A DNA stretch of 64,000 nt from contig JARDVH010000042.1 of assembly GCA_030324005.1 (NCBI GenBank), positions 81,002,760 through 81,066,759 of the forward strand. Direction: 5' to 3'. Made by a program: the position numbers and the translations under genes. Below are positions 51,091-62,587 of this stretch, piece after piece (position 1 is the stretch's first letter; the number at the start of each line of letters is the position of its first letter). The notes under the pieces are model-generated. The model did not search any database and was not told the DNA's origin. It saw nothing but the letters and a program-made list of their open reading frames with translations. Source of the DNA: Negaprion brevirostris. Lineage: Eukaryota.

Positions 51091-52340
51091 AGTTCAACAA
51101 CAGCCACAGATCCTGTGAGGTGGAGCCCATCCCTCCCCCAACATTGCTGGACTGGCTGCAAAGGCCATTTTATACTTCACATTTTGAAAGGTTGGAGAGG
51201 GGCACCGCCATTTTAGGATGCTTTCTCTCATTTACCTGCCATGGTATCCAACTACTGCTTTCAAGAGGCCTTCTACTGGCATCTCACCTGCCATCTTTAA
51301 CTAGACAGCAATTCCACCTTTTGCCCACTAATTGTCAATTTGTGTAAAATCACAGTGAATGACTGTTTTCCATTTGGGCCTGGCAGCAGGGCTCATAGGC
51401 CTGCAGGGCAATTCTGCCCATAGTTGTGTTATTGTTCACAAGGGGCCAGTAGCTCTGCCATAGACATCATTACATTGACTATTCCAGTAAAAGTGACTGC
51501 AGCTCTGAACTTTTTCTTCAGCTCCTTCTTGGGAAATAATTATATCCATCAGATCAGATTAAAGCAGGTGACACATGTTGAAGCAAACACGTTCATCTCT
51601 TTCCCTGAGGAGAACTGAAAATAGCAGGAGAAGGCTCTGGTGTTTGCATAGACTGTAAGCATTCCTTTACTGTAGGGTATTACTTTGAGATCCTTCACTT
51701 GTTTCCATTCTATTAATGTGAAACTGGTATATGATGACCCAAAGCACATAAAGCAAGTCAAAGTCCACTTTCCATACAACTACTATGATGTTTTCATCTT
51801 TGATCCATCCATTCTTTATGTCGATGCAAAGAGTGAAAGCCTGGCTGGTCAGGACATACATTCTCCTTTATCAGCGCTGCCTGACATCTTAGGACTGCAG
51901 CAGGACTGCCACTAACAGTTTCTTGTGCCCTCATATCCACGTGTTTCCTGCCAGTTGGAATCCTGCTGGGAGTCTGCTTTGCGTGTAAGAAAACTCTCAT
52001 CCAAGAAATGGCAACAGGATTCTGTTCACATTGGAGAAGTGAGCAGAAGTCCCAACCCCCCCATGTAGTACATCGAGAAGAAAAGTAGCAGTCATAAACT
52101 CTATGTCCAGAATTATTAAGGAACTAACATAGATAAATAAGCAATTCTGCAATTTCACAATGGGGCCACTAATAATATCTCTTTCTATATTATCTTTTCC
52201 CCACAAACTGCTCAGAAGACATTCTGAGAAAATCTCCATTGCTGACATTCCTCATGTCCAAAATAAGAAGGTAAAGCAAACTAAACAAAATCACAAGATC
52301 ACAGCCACTGGCTCTATCTACACTGTGCTGCATAGTAGTA

Positions 52341-52574
52341 AAAAGTCTGACAACACCAGATTTAAGTCCAACCGATTTATTTGATAGTAAACTCACAAGC
52401 TTTCGAGGTTTCCCTCTTCATCAGGTGAATGGAGAGTNNNNNNNNNNNNNNNNNNNNNNNNNNNNNNNNNNNNNNNNNNNNNNNNNNNNNNNNNNNNNNN
52501 NNNNNNNNNNNNNNNNNNNNNNNNNNNNNNNNNNNNNTTTACCCCAGTCCAACACCGGCATATCCACATCATGA
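52341..52574. mobile_element. Penelope-like insertion with inverted pseudo-LTRs and 13-bp target duplication
   Basis: CTGCATAGTAGTA at 52328-52340 and 52575-52587; left part is the reverse complement, right part the forward 3' end, of the unit seen at 45165-45275. Confidence 0.85.
52391..52430 (-). ncRNA. Minimal type I hammerhead ribozyme motif
   Basis: ATTCAC-CTGATGA-A-GAGG-GAAA-CCTC-GAAA-GC-TT-GTGAGT: complete CUGAUGA/GAAA core, 6-bp helix I, 4-bp helix II with GAAA loop, palindromic AGCT in place of helix III. Confidence 0.8.
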
Positions 52575-53532
52575 CTGCATAGTAGTAGCAGATATCCTTG
52601 CAGCATCTCTGTATCCACCTCTTCATTAACTTGGGGCCTATGAAGACAGTTTCTTGGGTAAGCTCATTAACACCTGCAGATATGGTTGTTATCACCTTGG
52701 CAAATGCAGCCAAGCACATGAGACTTGCTGTCAAATCATACCGAGCCACTTTTTTTCAAGCAGTGTTGCTGAAAACACAGATTGGTGTGATTTGTGTGCT
52801 TCCAAGCTGTTAGGCATTTTCGTATCTATGCGATCAGGTTTATTTTCACCCATCTTGGGACTAGAAACCTTTGCCTACTTTAGTCCTTTTCAAAGGTATG
52901 AGCATCTTTATCAGGAGTCCAGAAACCAACAAGTGGATCCAGAACACCTTTGGTGTGGCATAACTTGTTCGGCATTTCTCTCTTGGGCCTCTATCCTTCC
53001 CTTCATAAAACTTGGAGAAATTTGTGGTAGCACTAATCGTGGTTATTGGGTAACAAAGGAGCCTCAAAATAAGTCACTAAGGTTTATGAGAACCTCACAG
53101 CAGCAGAGAAAACAAAGGAAATGCAGAGAAACAGAAATGGTTTTGAGATTATCCTCTGAATCATTTTTATTAGGCCTCCAAATCTATTTCTCTATACAGC
53201 TCATTGCCTCTTGGCCCTGTGGCCTGTTTTAGGCATGAAAACTCTTCGCACATAATATTGGTAAATTAGTCACTTGAACACTATAGATCTGGGTATGGGA
53301 GATATGAATCACAAACTCAGCAGTGGTCTGGTGAACTTATTTCTGATGTGGAGGTATTTCTGTCAAAGTTCCACTCATTTGTGCCTCACTAGCTTCAATG
53401 TCTGGAAACCAAAATCAGCTTTGCTTTTTCTCTGTAGTCTTAATTATAAAGAGATACATATCCTTGCTAAATATCCATGCTAATGATCATGGAAAAATCT
53501 ATGTTAGTATAAAGCAGGAGTAACCCACTGCT

Positions 53533-53820
53533 GGGTTGGCGTAGTAGCACTGTGGCTCGCACTGCTGCCTCACAGCGCTAGGGATCTGGGTTCAATTCCT
53601 GGCTTGGGTCACCGCTTGTGTGGAGTTTGCACATTCTCCCTGTGTCTGTGTAGATTTCCTCCAGGTGCTTGGGTTTCCTCCCACGTTCTGAAAGATGTGC
53701 TGGTTATGTGCATTGACCCGAACAGATGCCGGACTTGGTGACTAGGGGAGCTTTACAGTAATTTCATTGCAATGTTAATGTAAGCCCTACTTGTGACTAA
53801 CAAATAAACTTTAACTTTAC
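53533..53820 (+). mobile_element. HE1-related tRNA SINE
   Basis: GCACTGCTGCCTCACAGCGCTAGGGATCTGGGTTCAATTCC...AATAAACTTTAACTTTAC. Confidence 0.88.
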
Positions 53821-54305
53821 TTTTTTGTAAGCACTAATAGAGGAAAATAAACGTCAAGATTTCGGAACTGAAAGATCAAGTGAGGATGCAGCGCCACTNN
53901 NNNNNNNNNNNNNNNNNNNNNNNNNNNNNNNNNNNNNNNNNNNNNNNNNNNNNNNNNNNNNNNNNNNNNNNNNNNNNNNNNNNNNNNNNNNNNNNNNNTG
54001 AAAGATCAAGTGAGGATGCAGCGCCACTCAGTACAGTGCTGCCATCTCCTGGCTACACCCAAAGACACACAAATGCCTGCAGAATTGCCACGTGGGGTCA
54101 GATATCTGCAGTTTTTCCGACACACTCTTGTCATTTGTTCAGACAACAGCATGGAACATTACTGTCGCCAGTGGATGTTAAAATAATACAAGTACTATCA
54201 AGCTGAATTACAGGACTCCACAATAGGCAGGGAGGCTCTGTGCTTATGCAATTTCAGTGAACAGTGTAATAGCCATATATGCTTCATCATCAATGTGATA
54301 CCTAC

Positions 54306-54438
54306 CTCTGGCAAATTGAATTTGTTTTTCTAACATCTGAATTCTCTCTCTTGCTTCCATCACACTGATTGCAGCATCTTGCTTGATCTGAGCTAGCTGA
54401 ATCTGTAGCTTCTTCACCACTCTTTTGTGCTTCTGTTT
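54306..54438 (-). CDS. CCDC192: CCDC192-like internal coding exon (133 nt, phase 0 to 1)
   Basis: ttttaatcaag|AAA...AGAG|gtaggt; KQKHKRVVKKLQIQLAQIKQDAAISVMEARERIQMLEKQIQFAR versus recalled human KLKHEKKVKKLQTDLATANAITVLELNEKIKTLYEGKPAPR. Confidence 0.85.
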
Positions 54439-54524
54439 CTTGATTAAAATTAAAATTCAATGTCAAGTAAAAGGGTAAATAAATGCTGCAGCACTGACTG
54501 TCCAATCCACAATTCCTATCAGTG

Positions 54525-54790
54525 TTACTCTGAAGTGACAGATGTTAAGTGGGCGAACACATCGGCTGCTTTGTGCACAGTAAGGTCCCACAGATAACAA
54601 TGAGAATGATCTAATCCGGTTTGGTGGTGCTGGTTGTTAGTATTCAATAAGATGCTGGAGAAACACTCTGTTTTTCTTTAAAGAATGTCATAAGATATTC
54701 AATATCCAACTGAACAAACATACAAGGTTATTATTTTAGCTGAAGGTTGGCATTCCAACGTAAAGTAGTACTCTCTTGGTACTACTTTAT
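54525..54790 (-). mobile_element. Deu-domain SINE relic
   Basis: TTGTGCACAGTAAGGTCCCACA is the reverse complement of the tail motif at 37382. Confidence 0.55.
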
Positions 54791-55379
54791 GTATTCAAAT
54801 CTCAGGGGGTAATTTTAATCTAAGCCGCTGCTAGGAATCTGATCAGATTGGCATTAATTTAATTCAGCATCCAATCATATTTTCTGGTGAAGCCAATGTA
54901 CAGGAAGTTTTGGGTGGTGTATACGATGCGTAGCATCTGAACATGTCAGTGGTTTAGGTTAAGCCCTGCTGCAGTGGGTCCTAAATCCACACTTCAGCAT
55001 GTGACTGCCACCAGCCCAGCTTGTCAGCTCATCAGTACATTTCTCCACAAAGTTTTCAACATACTTGCAAATATTGGAAAGAATGTTAAGCCATTCAAAT
55101 CTGCTAGAAGGCACAAAGGGAAATCATTGTTCAAAGCTTAACACCGTCATGCCGAAGGAAAAAGAGAATCATTGTGAAATAATTTCCCAATGTGTGAAAC
55201 ACACAGGACACCTAGATTGGTGGGTGCCAAAACCAACTGCTATTCCGGCAGCATGTACAATGGTGCACTAAATCGGTGATGCCCAAACTAAATTGCTATT
55301 GATCACCAGTTCAGTGCCATCCTAATTCCTAAATCATTAAATGCAGCAGATGAGAAAGTGGCAGGAGTTTATTGAGTCC

Positions 55380-56210
55380 ACAGTACAGAAACAAGCCATA
55401 TGGTCATATGTTGTAGGCCATTATTTATGTTCCACATGAACCNNNNNNNNNNNNNNNNNNNNNNNNNNNNNNNNNNNNNNNNNNNNNNNNNNNNNNNNNN
55501 NNNNNNNNNNNNNNNNNNNNNNNNNNNNNNNNNNNNNNNNNNGTAGGCCATCATTTATGTTCCACATGAACCTCCTCCCATCCTTCCTTATTTCGTCCTA
55601 TTAGTATATTCTCCGATTCCTGTTTCTTTCTCAAACACTACTCCTTAAATGACATTGATGCTACTTACCTCAACTACTCCCAGTGGCAATGAGTTCCACA
55701 TTCTTGGGAAAATTCCCTATTGGATTAGTGAATATCTTATTTTTATCAGAGAATCATAGAATCTCTATAGTGCAGAAGTAGGCTATTCGGCCCAACAAAT
55801 CTGCACCGACAACAATCCCACCCAGACCCTACCCCTGCAATCCCACACATTCATCCCGCCAATCCCTCTAACCTATGCATCCTGGGTCACCCAGGGGCAA
55901 TTTAGCATGGTCAATGCGCCTAACCTGCACATCTTTGGACTTTATGACTTATAGTTTTGTATTCTCCTCCATAAGTTGAAGCATTTTTTTATCTCTACTT
56001 CATCAAACCTTTTGTTATTTTAATAAACACCAGTCTTTTTTGTTCTGGAGAAAGGAGCTCCAACCTGTTTAGACTTTCCTGATAGCTATAAATGCTCAGT
56101 GTTGTTATCAGCCCTGCAAATCTATTTTTGCGGCTTCTCTGGTACCTCTATGTTCTTTTTATACTCTGGAAACCAGAAATATGCAAAAAAACTCCAAGTG
56201 TGGTATAACT
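55380..56210 (-). mobile_element. Old CR1 3' region interrupted by a SINE
   Basis: GGCAATGAGTTCCACATTCT and CTCCAAGTGTGGTATAAC are reverse-strand CR1 motifs. Confidence 0.65.
55750..55942 (-). mobile_element. HE1-type SINE 3' half
   Basis: GAATCATAGAATCTCTATAGTGCAGAAG...CCTAACCTGCACATCTTTGGAC. Confidence 0.85.
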
Positions 56211-56779
56211 GAGCAGTATGTTCCATTTTTCAGATCACAACTCACCAAGAATTGGTAAGTATTTTAGGAATAAAAGAAAAACATTTGGTCTGACAATCCT
56301 GTCTTTCTTGACTGACCTGAAAAAAAAATACTTTTGCTGAATTATCCCCAAGATTTCAGAATTAATCCTGTCGTAAGTGAGCCACTAATGTGACAGCCAC
56401 AGGTATATGACCAACATTACAGCAGGAGGCAGCCAGTGGCAAAAAGGGAAGAAATAACCCACAAGAGCATAACACGATTTTAGCGACAAAGTATTGCTGT
56501 CTGGTGGCATTCAAGCCAATGTACAGTAACAATGGGTGGCATCTGAACATGTCAGTGGATCAAACTTCCTGATTTCTTTAGTAATCAATGGCAGACAACA
56601 AATTCTGCAAGATTCACTGGGATTAATAATTTTCAAAAAAATGATTTGAGTTGCAATTCATCGTGATGACTAAGGAAACATATTAATTTATATCAAACAC
56701 ATTTATTTGATTTGTAAACCTCTGGACTGAAGATAAATATATTGGTAAATTAGAATGATAATAATTTAACCATACTTAC

Positions 56780-56836
56780 TAATTGTACCAATTGTCCTTG
56801 AACACATTTATTTTCTGCTTCTAACCTCTGGATGTA
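56780..56836 (-). CDS. CCDC192: CCDC192-like internal coding exon (57 nt, phase 0 to 0)
   Basis: Strong sites ttttctcctttgtag|TAC...TTA|gtaagt; YIQRLEAENKCVQGQLVQL versus recalled human CIQKLQAEVKASQEQLIAQ. Confidence 0.85.
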
Positions 56837-57769
56837 CTACAAAGGAGAAAAGCAAAGCAGTTTTATAAAAGATAGCCCCTTGTCAGAGAAATACAGCCTG
56901 GAAATTACAACATGCAACAGCTCTTGTTTGTATCAAATTACTCTGTCCTGTTCTTTAATGAAATCAGTAACAGGTCTATTTTAGGCAGTTTAACACCTCT
57001 CAAAATATCATCTGAAGGAATTTGATATGAATGAATTATTTATTTACCAACATTGTATAGCATATTGTCCAAATTTACATGTATTTTTAATGCTGTACTA
57101 GCTTGATTACATATTTTATATTTTTAATAGTGGATGATAACTTTTTAATATATATAGATTATTTTTGTACATGTGTTTCCAGAAGCCGAAATAATGTAAA
57201 TGTTATGTTAGTAGGGTCTAATGATAGCACTACATAAGATCATTTGAGAAATGGGAGATGCAGGCCATGAAATTTGATAAGACCCATAAGTAGCCACAGG
57301 TTCGGATTGCATGATTAACTCGAGCCCATTGTTTCTGATGCAGATAGTCTGCAGACTTTATACTTCTTGCTTACTTAAATGGCAGTAGATTGTAGGCAGC
57401 ACTAAGCATGATGTTGAGTCTGGGTGCCTGAACCAGACACACGAAACTGTGAATGGCTAGCACCAATTAAAGCTCACCTGCATTTCTTAAAGGAGAAGCA
57501 CATTCTGGCTGGAACAGGTATTAGAGCTGATTGTGGGAGAGAGTGTGAGCAAGAGGAATACTGAATTAATACAATGTGGGAGAGAATGGGCCTCAAGTTT
57601 GGAAATGCAGGGCAGGAAAGTTGTCTGGGGTTGCTCTAGGCAAACTGTTGGAAGAACTGTGAACAGTTCTGGGCAAAACAACTTAAGAAGGATATACTGG
57701 GCATGAGCAAGTGTGCTGTTGATGAATTTGGATGATACCAGAGCTCCAAGTATAAAATTATTCAAAAAT

Positions 57770-58615
57770 AGGTGGGAAAGCAGGCTGTGATGAGGAGATA
57801 GAAGATCGGCTAATGGATTTGACAGGATTGGGCTAGAATCTTGCACATGGAGTTTAATGTGGATAAATGCAAGATTATCCATTTTGGCTGGATAAATAAA
57901 AGGGCAAATATATAAATGGGAAACAGATTCAAAAGGCGTCTGTGCGGAGGGATCTGGGTGTCTTTGTACATGAATCTCAGAAACTGGGAATGCAGGTGCA
58001 GAATGTTATAAGGAAAGCAAATGGAATCTTGACATTAATTGCAAAGGAGCTAAATTGGCCAAGTGTTGTTACAATTGTACAAGGCATTGGTGAGATCATA
58101 CTTTGAGTACTGCGTTCAGTTTTGGTCACCTTCTTTGAGGAAGGATGTGGTGGCATTGGAGATGGTTCAAAAGGGGTTCACTGGANNNNNNNNNNNNNNN
58201 NNNNNNNNNNNNNNNNNNNNNNNNNNNNNNNNNNNNNNNNNNNNNNNNNNNNNNNNNNNNNNNNNNNNNNNNNNNNNNNNNNNNNGGTCCTCCTCAACTC
58301 CATACTAAACCGCCCCCCCCCCCCTTATCTTGAGGCTGAGCCCTCTAGTCCTACTGTCCAGAGATAAGGAGAAGCTACTTCTCACAGAGGGTTGTGAATC
58401 TATGGAATTCATTACCCCCGCATTCAGTGGATGCAGAATCAATCAATGGATTCAATCAAGAAATAGATAAATATTTGATCAAAAGCAGGATAGAGTGTTA
58501 TGGGAAAAGGTAGAGAAGTGGAGCTCGGATGAGATGGAGATCAACGATTACATAGAATGACAGAGTGGACTCGAAGGGCTGAATTTCCTACTCTCGCTCC
58601 TAATTTTATGTTCCT
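57770..58615 (+). mobile_element. CR1-clade LINE 3' region
   Basis: MEFNVDKCKIIHFG, LLQLYKALVRSYFEYCVQFWSPSLRKDV, YFSQRVVNLWNSL. Confidence 0.92.
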
Positions 58616-58689
58616 AAAATGTGAGTAGATAGATATGGCAGTCAAGGCTAGATTCTATTCCCAAGAACCTGGCTTAGTGCCACAAGATA

Positions 58690-61350
58690 TTCAATGACTG
58701 CACATGAGCGGTTAAATTCAATGCATCTTCAAGTGCTATATCTTCCCAACTGCCCCAATAATATCACAAAAGGCTTGATACACCACATCACACATCTACC
58801 AACTATCTCTATGAACCATGACGCTTTCCTAATATTCATATTTCTCGCATCACCCTCACACAATTAATTGCAATCCTCACCCCTACATCTCAAAGCTCAC
58901 ACATACTGCAAGCTGTTCAACCATGACAGTCACATCACCCAAATGCATTGTACCAGATTCAGTGACACATTTTCATCTCTCTTGTAGAGCAAGGTAGTGC
59001 ACAACCAGAATTAGTAGGAACCAACTGGTTGGAAAAAGTCACCCTGCATTTCTTGATCCCATGGTTGTCAATAGTGGAATGACCAAAACGGAAACCATTA
59101 AAGTTGACAGTGTGTTCATACTAAATCTCACCTTCTTACAACCAGTTTCCTTCTCATCCTACACTTGCTTCTGATTTACAAGTTGTAGTTGGTGTAACCA
59201 TGTTCCTCTTGCACTCCACTCCCTCATCACACCCCAAGCCTTCTGAATTTCTCCTTCAAGATACTCAAGAACTGAAAACTGACCAGGAGAGGGTGGAGAA
59301 AACAAAGAGGAGCAAGAGAATGAAGAAGAAGAAATACAGGGCTGGATTTAGACTGGCATCTCGCCCAGTGCTAAGAGATCTGATGGGGAACCCCTATCAG
59401 CTCCATAGAGAAGGCCTGGCTCAATCAGGCCTCCCAGACGATTCAGCATGCCAGCGGTGGAACTCCTATCTGCCAGTCATTCTGAGACTGGCGGCTCCTC
59501 ATTTCTGCCAGCATCAGCGAAAGCGGTGGCAGCTGTCAGCATTGCATCCACCAGAAGCCCAGGATCCAATCGGTGGCCCTGGGCCAATGGGAAGTGAGGG
59601 ACTACGAGGATCACAAGGTGAGGACTGGAGGAGGGAGGAAGAGGATCAGAGGCTTACAGCAGCCCCCTCCGTTCCCCAATAGGCTTTGCCAGGTGATTGT
59701 AAAGAGGAATGGGAAAGCCATGTGACTCCCATTTAATTCCAGTTCCAGCCCTAAATTGTGGTGGCCTCAGAAATAATAAGTGTCAATTGGTTCATGAATG
59801 AACCTAGCTGGCATCCTGGGAGTCCCATGTCAGTCCCTTCTACGCTCCAACTTAACTGGGGGAGATTTTGCCATCACCGGGAGACTGACACAGAGCTTCT
59901 CCTGTGATTAAGTGGGGCTGTCCATCATAGTGCCTACCACAGTGTGTCTGCATTAAATTCAGGTTGCTGCAACTCAATCTCATTTTCGTAGCCATCAGCT
60001 TAGTGGCTGATACTACTTTAGAGGGTGCATTAGAGGCAGAGTCTGTATGTAACGAGGCAGTAGGCATGTGTGACCTCCTGCTAGGGCAAGAGACAAGGGC
60101 AGTACAGGTGTCAAGTCTCTGAACGTCACGGCTGAGCTCTGCTATACAGGACTAGGAAGAGAACTTGTTAAAGCAGTATACTGAAAAGGCTTAGTGCACT
60201 GGCAGGCCTGCCAGAAAGACTATGGTCACTGTACAAGAGCAGGGAGAAGTCCAGCTCCAAACTTAGCACAGGGATTTGCACAGAGGTTGGAACCCAGCAT
60301 GGAAGTGGACTCATGATACAATGCTTGATGGCTGATGTCTCAACCGCCATTGCAGTACAAGCAGAAGCCACCCAACGTCTAAGTATTACGGTGGTGTGAT
60401 AACCCATATGACTTGCATGGGGAATCACTGATTAACTTGCTTGTAGGATTCATTGAATACAAGCTCCTTGGGGATTAGTAATTAACTAAACAGGTGGACC
60501 CTGTTGGTCCATTATTTCACTGTCCCATTTGGGACCAGTTGTATTCACCACAGGCTTGTGGTTTTGCTTTAATTTATGCAATAAAGCACTGTTCCTCCAC
60601 AGCCAATTCCTAGAGTTATTATAGGTGGAAGCTCAGATCCAAACCATGCAAGCTCAGCGAGCAACTCTTGTGTTCAGTGAGAATGAATTACAAATCATTC
60701 TCTCTTGCCACAAAGAAGCAATTGGAGTGAGCATGTAGTTTCACGTACATTGCAGGCTTCCGTACGGTGCAGGTTCTAGTGACTGCTTGCACATCGCCTT
60801 TTGGGTACTGTCAATTGCATATTAATGGTATTCAGGTGTGGTCATTTATTGATGATTTACTATTGTTCCTTTACACAAATAGAAGCAGACTGTCGGGTTT
60901 GGAGGTGCATGTTTGCAATATGTCTCTGTAAATAACAGCTTACAAGTTGTAAATTTAAGGCTCCAATCCTACAGGTCACCATCTGACTATTAGAGATAGA
61001 AAAGGTGCAGCCTGTCAGTTGTGCCCTCCATCAGAAACAAAACAGATGCCACTTCCTCAACATCCAGCTAGTGTATGAGCCTAGGGAGCAAATCATGCAG
61101 CTCTGTGCTTGATATCCTCTAAGCAGTCATGGTACGTTCATTTTATTGCACGTCTGCTGTGTTAGATGCCTTTGACCTACCACTGCAGAACAAAAGGTGG
61201 CTATTGCACGATAAGATCTATCCGTTAATAACGTGATAGATGTCTCCAGTACACAATCCATGCACATGAGTGCAGCATGCAATGTGAGGAATAGAAACCG
61301 GCTCGCAGGTGTGGAGTGGGAGGTGAAGGGGCACACAATTGAGAGGGAAG
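58690..61350. mobile_element. Decayed Harbinger-like region with nested MITE-like sequence
   Basis: Acceptor cttgtag then SKVVHNQ...TG at about 58988 (Myb second-exon type); weak transposase-like remnants on the minus strand near 61000-61120. Confidence 0.4.
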
Positions 61351-61569
61351 GTGGAGGGTAGGGGGCCCAATGCTTTCCTGATTTCCTGCAATTTGGTTTG
61401 GCCAATTGGAGTCATTAAGTCACCAATTGGGAAACCTCCTATAAAGCCTGCTTTCCCCATCAAGGAATATGGCAGAGTTCAGCACTGACTTAGAATAGTT
61501 GTTTTTGCAGAGTTCAGAGACCATTTTTCAAACATGCAAATAGTGGCCAACTTTATCAGTACACTAGAC

Positions 61570-61681
61570 CAATGTTCCCTCTAATTTATGTTTGCTGTGC
61601 ACGGTGATTTGTCACATTGTATGGTTCATTTAAAGCTGGCATGTAGCTGTGCATGGGTGCATCTTAAACATTGGAACATTG
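61570..61681. mobile_element. Small hAT-like MITE
   Basis: 9-bp TIR CAATGTTCC / GGAACATTG; no target duplication retained. Confidence 0.45.
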
Positions 61682-61779
61682 CCTGTGCGCAACTGATTTG
61701 TTCTTGATGTAGCATATGAATATAAACTATGCTGATTGATAGATAGTCTCAGTGATAGTGATGTGGTGAATTGAACAAT

Positions 61780-62090
61780 GTTTAATGTTGTGATGCAGTT
61801 GACAGGATAGCATTGATTTTGACCACAAGTGTTAGGTCACTAAACTTCTCACTGCACTGCATCCAGGATTTCGGGGCTTGATGCCTGGCGTTGACTGTGT
61901 GACTACTTGCCTTTTGAGCATGTATGTAGAGTGTCTCCTGGTTCCCAATGGATACAAAGCATCTTTCTTCCCTTCCATCATCTCCACCAAGGACCCAAGT
62001 ACATTGTCTAAAACTTTGGAGCCTGGTCTCCCCTCTGCTGTGCAATGAGTCAATGTTTCATAGGTCATGACTGTCAGAGCTTGCTCCAAA
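61780..62090 (-). mobile_element. Harbinger Myb/SANT-like relic
   Basis: LGSLVEMMEGKKDALYPLGTRR...LKRQ, then frameshifted PKSWMQCSEKFSDLT. Confidence 0.8.
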
Positions 62091-62587
62091 CATAATGCAT
62101 CTGCTCTTTAAGGTAGGTGTTCCCAAACTGTTGAAATATGGGGTCTGAAAGAGCACTCCCACTCTTTTTGCTTCTACGTGCAGGTAAATATGCTTTAAAA
62201 ACGTTAGATCATTTGTCATATGCTAACAAGTGGTCACTTTAATTTTCTCATTTATATAGACGCAGATTTATATTTTTGCAACACATTGCTCTATCAACCT
62301 AAATCCTAAATGTTTCGATGTTTGAGACTTAACGCTCTTTTAATTGATAATGCTAGTTTAATTTGTAATAAGCACACATTAAGTGGGGCTAGTTACTCAT
62401 GATAATGGACCCCTGCTGAAGCGTTCACTCAGTGAACAGTGGGTTGATTCTGGCTGGACACTGAATCATTTAAAAAGGAAGGCAATGTGAAGCTGACATG
62501 TTACCTGAATTAAGAGCTGGTAAGGCTATTGAATTTAGTCCCCGGAATCTGTTGTTTATTTGCCCCTTCCTTTTATTATAGAAAAAT

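Noticed and set aside
54302-54505. ORF-track peptide ...QETEAQKSGEEATDSASSDQARCC...
   Set aside because: Wrong frame of the real exon; splice phases and homology support the KQKHKRVVKKLQ frame
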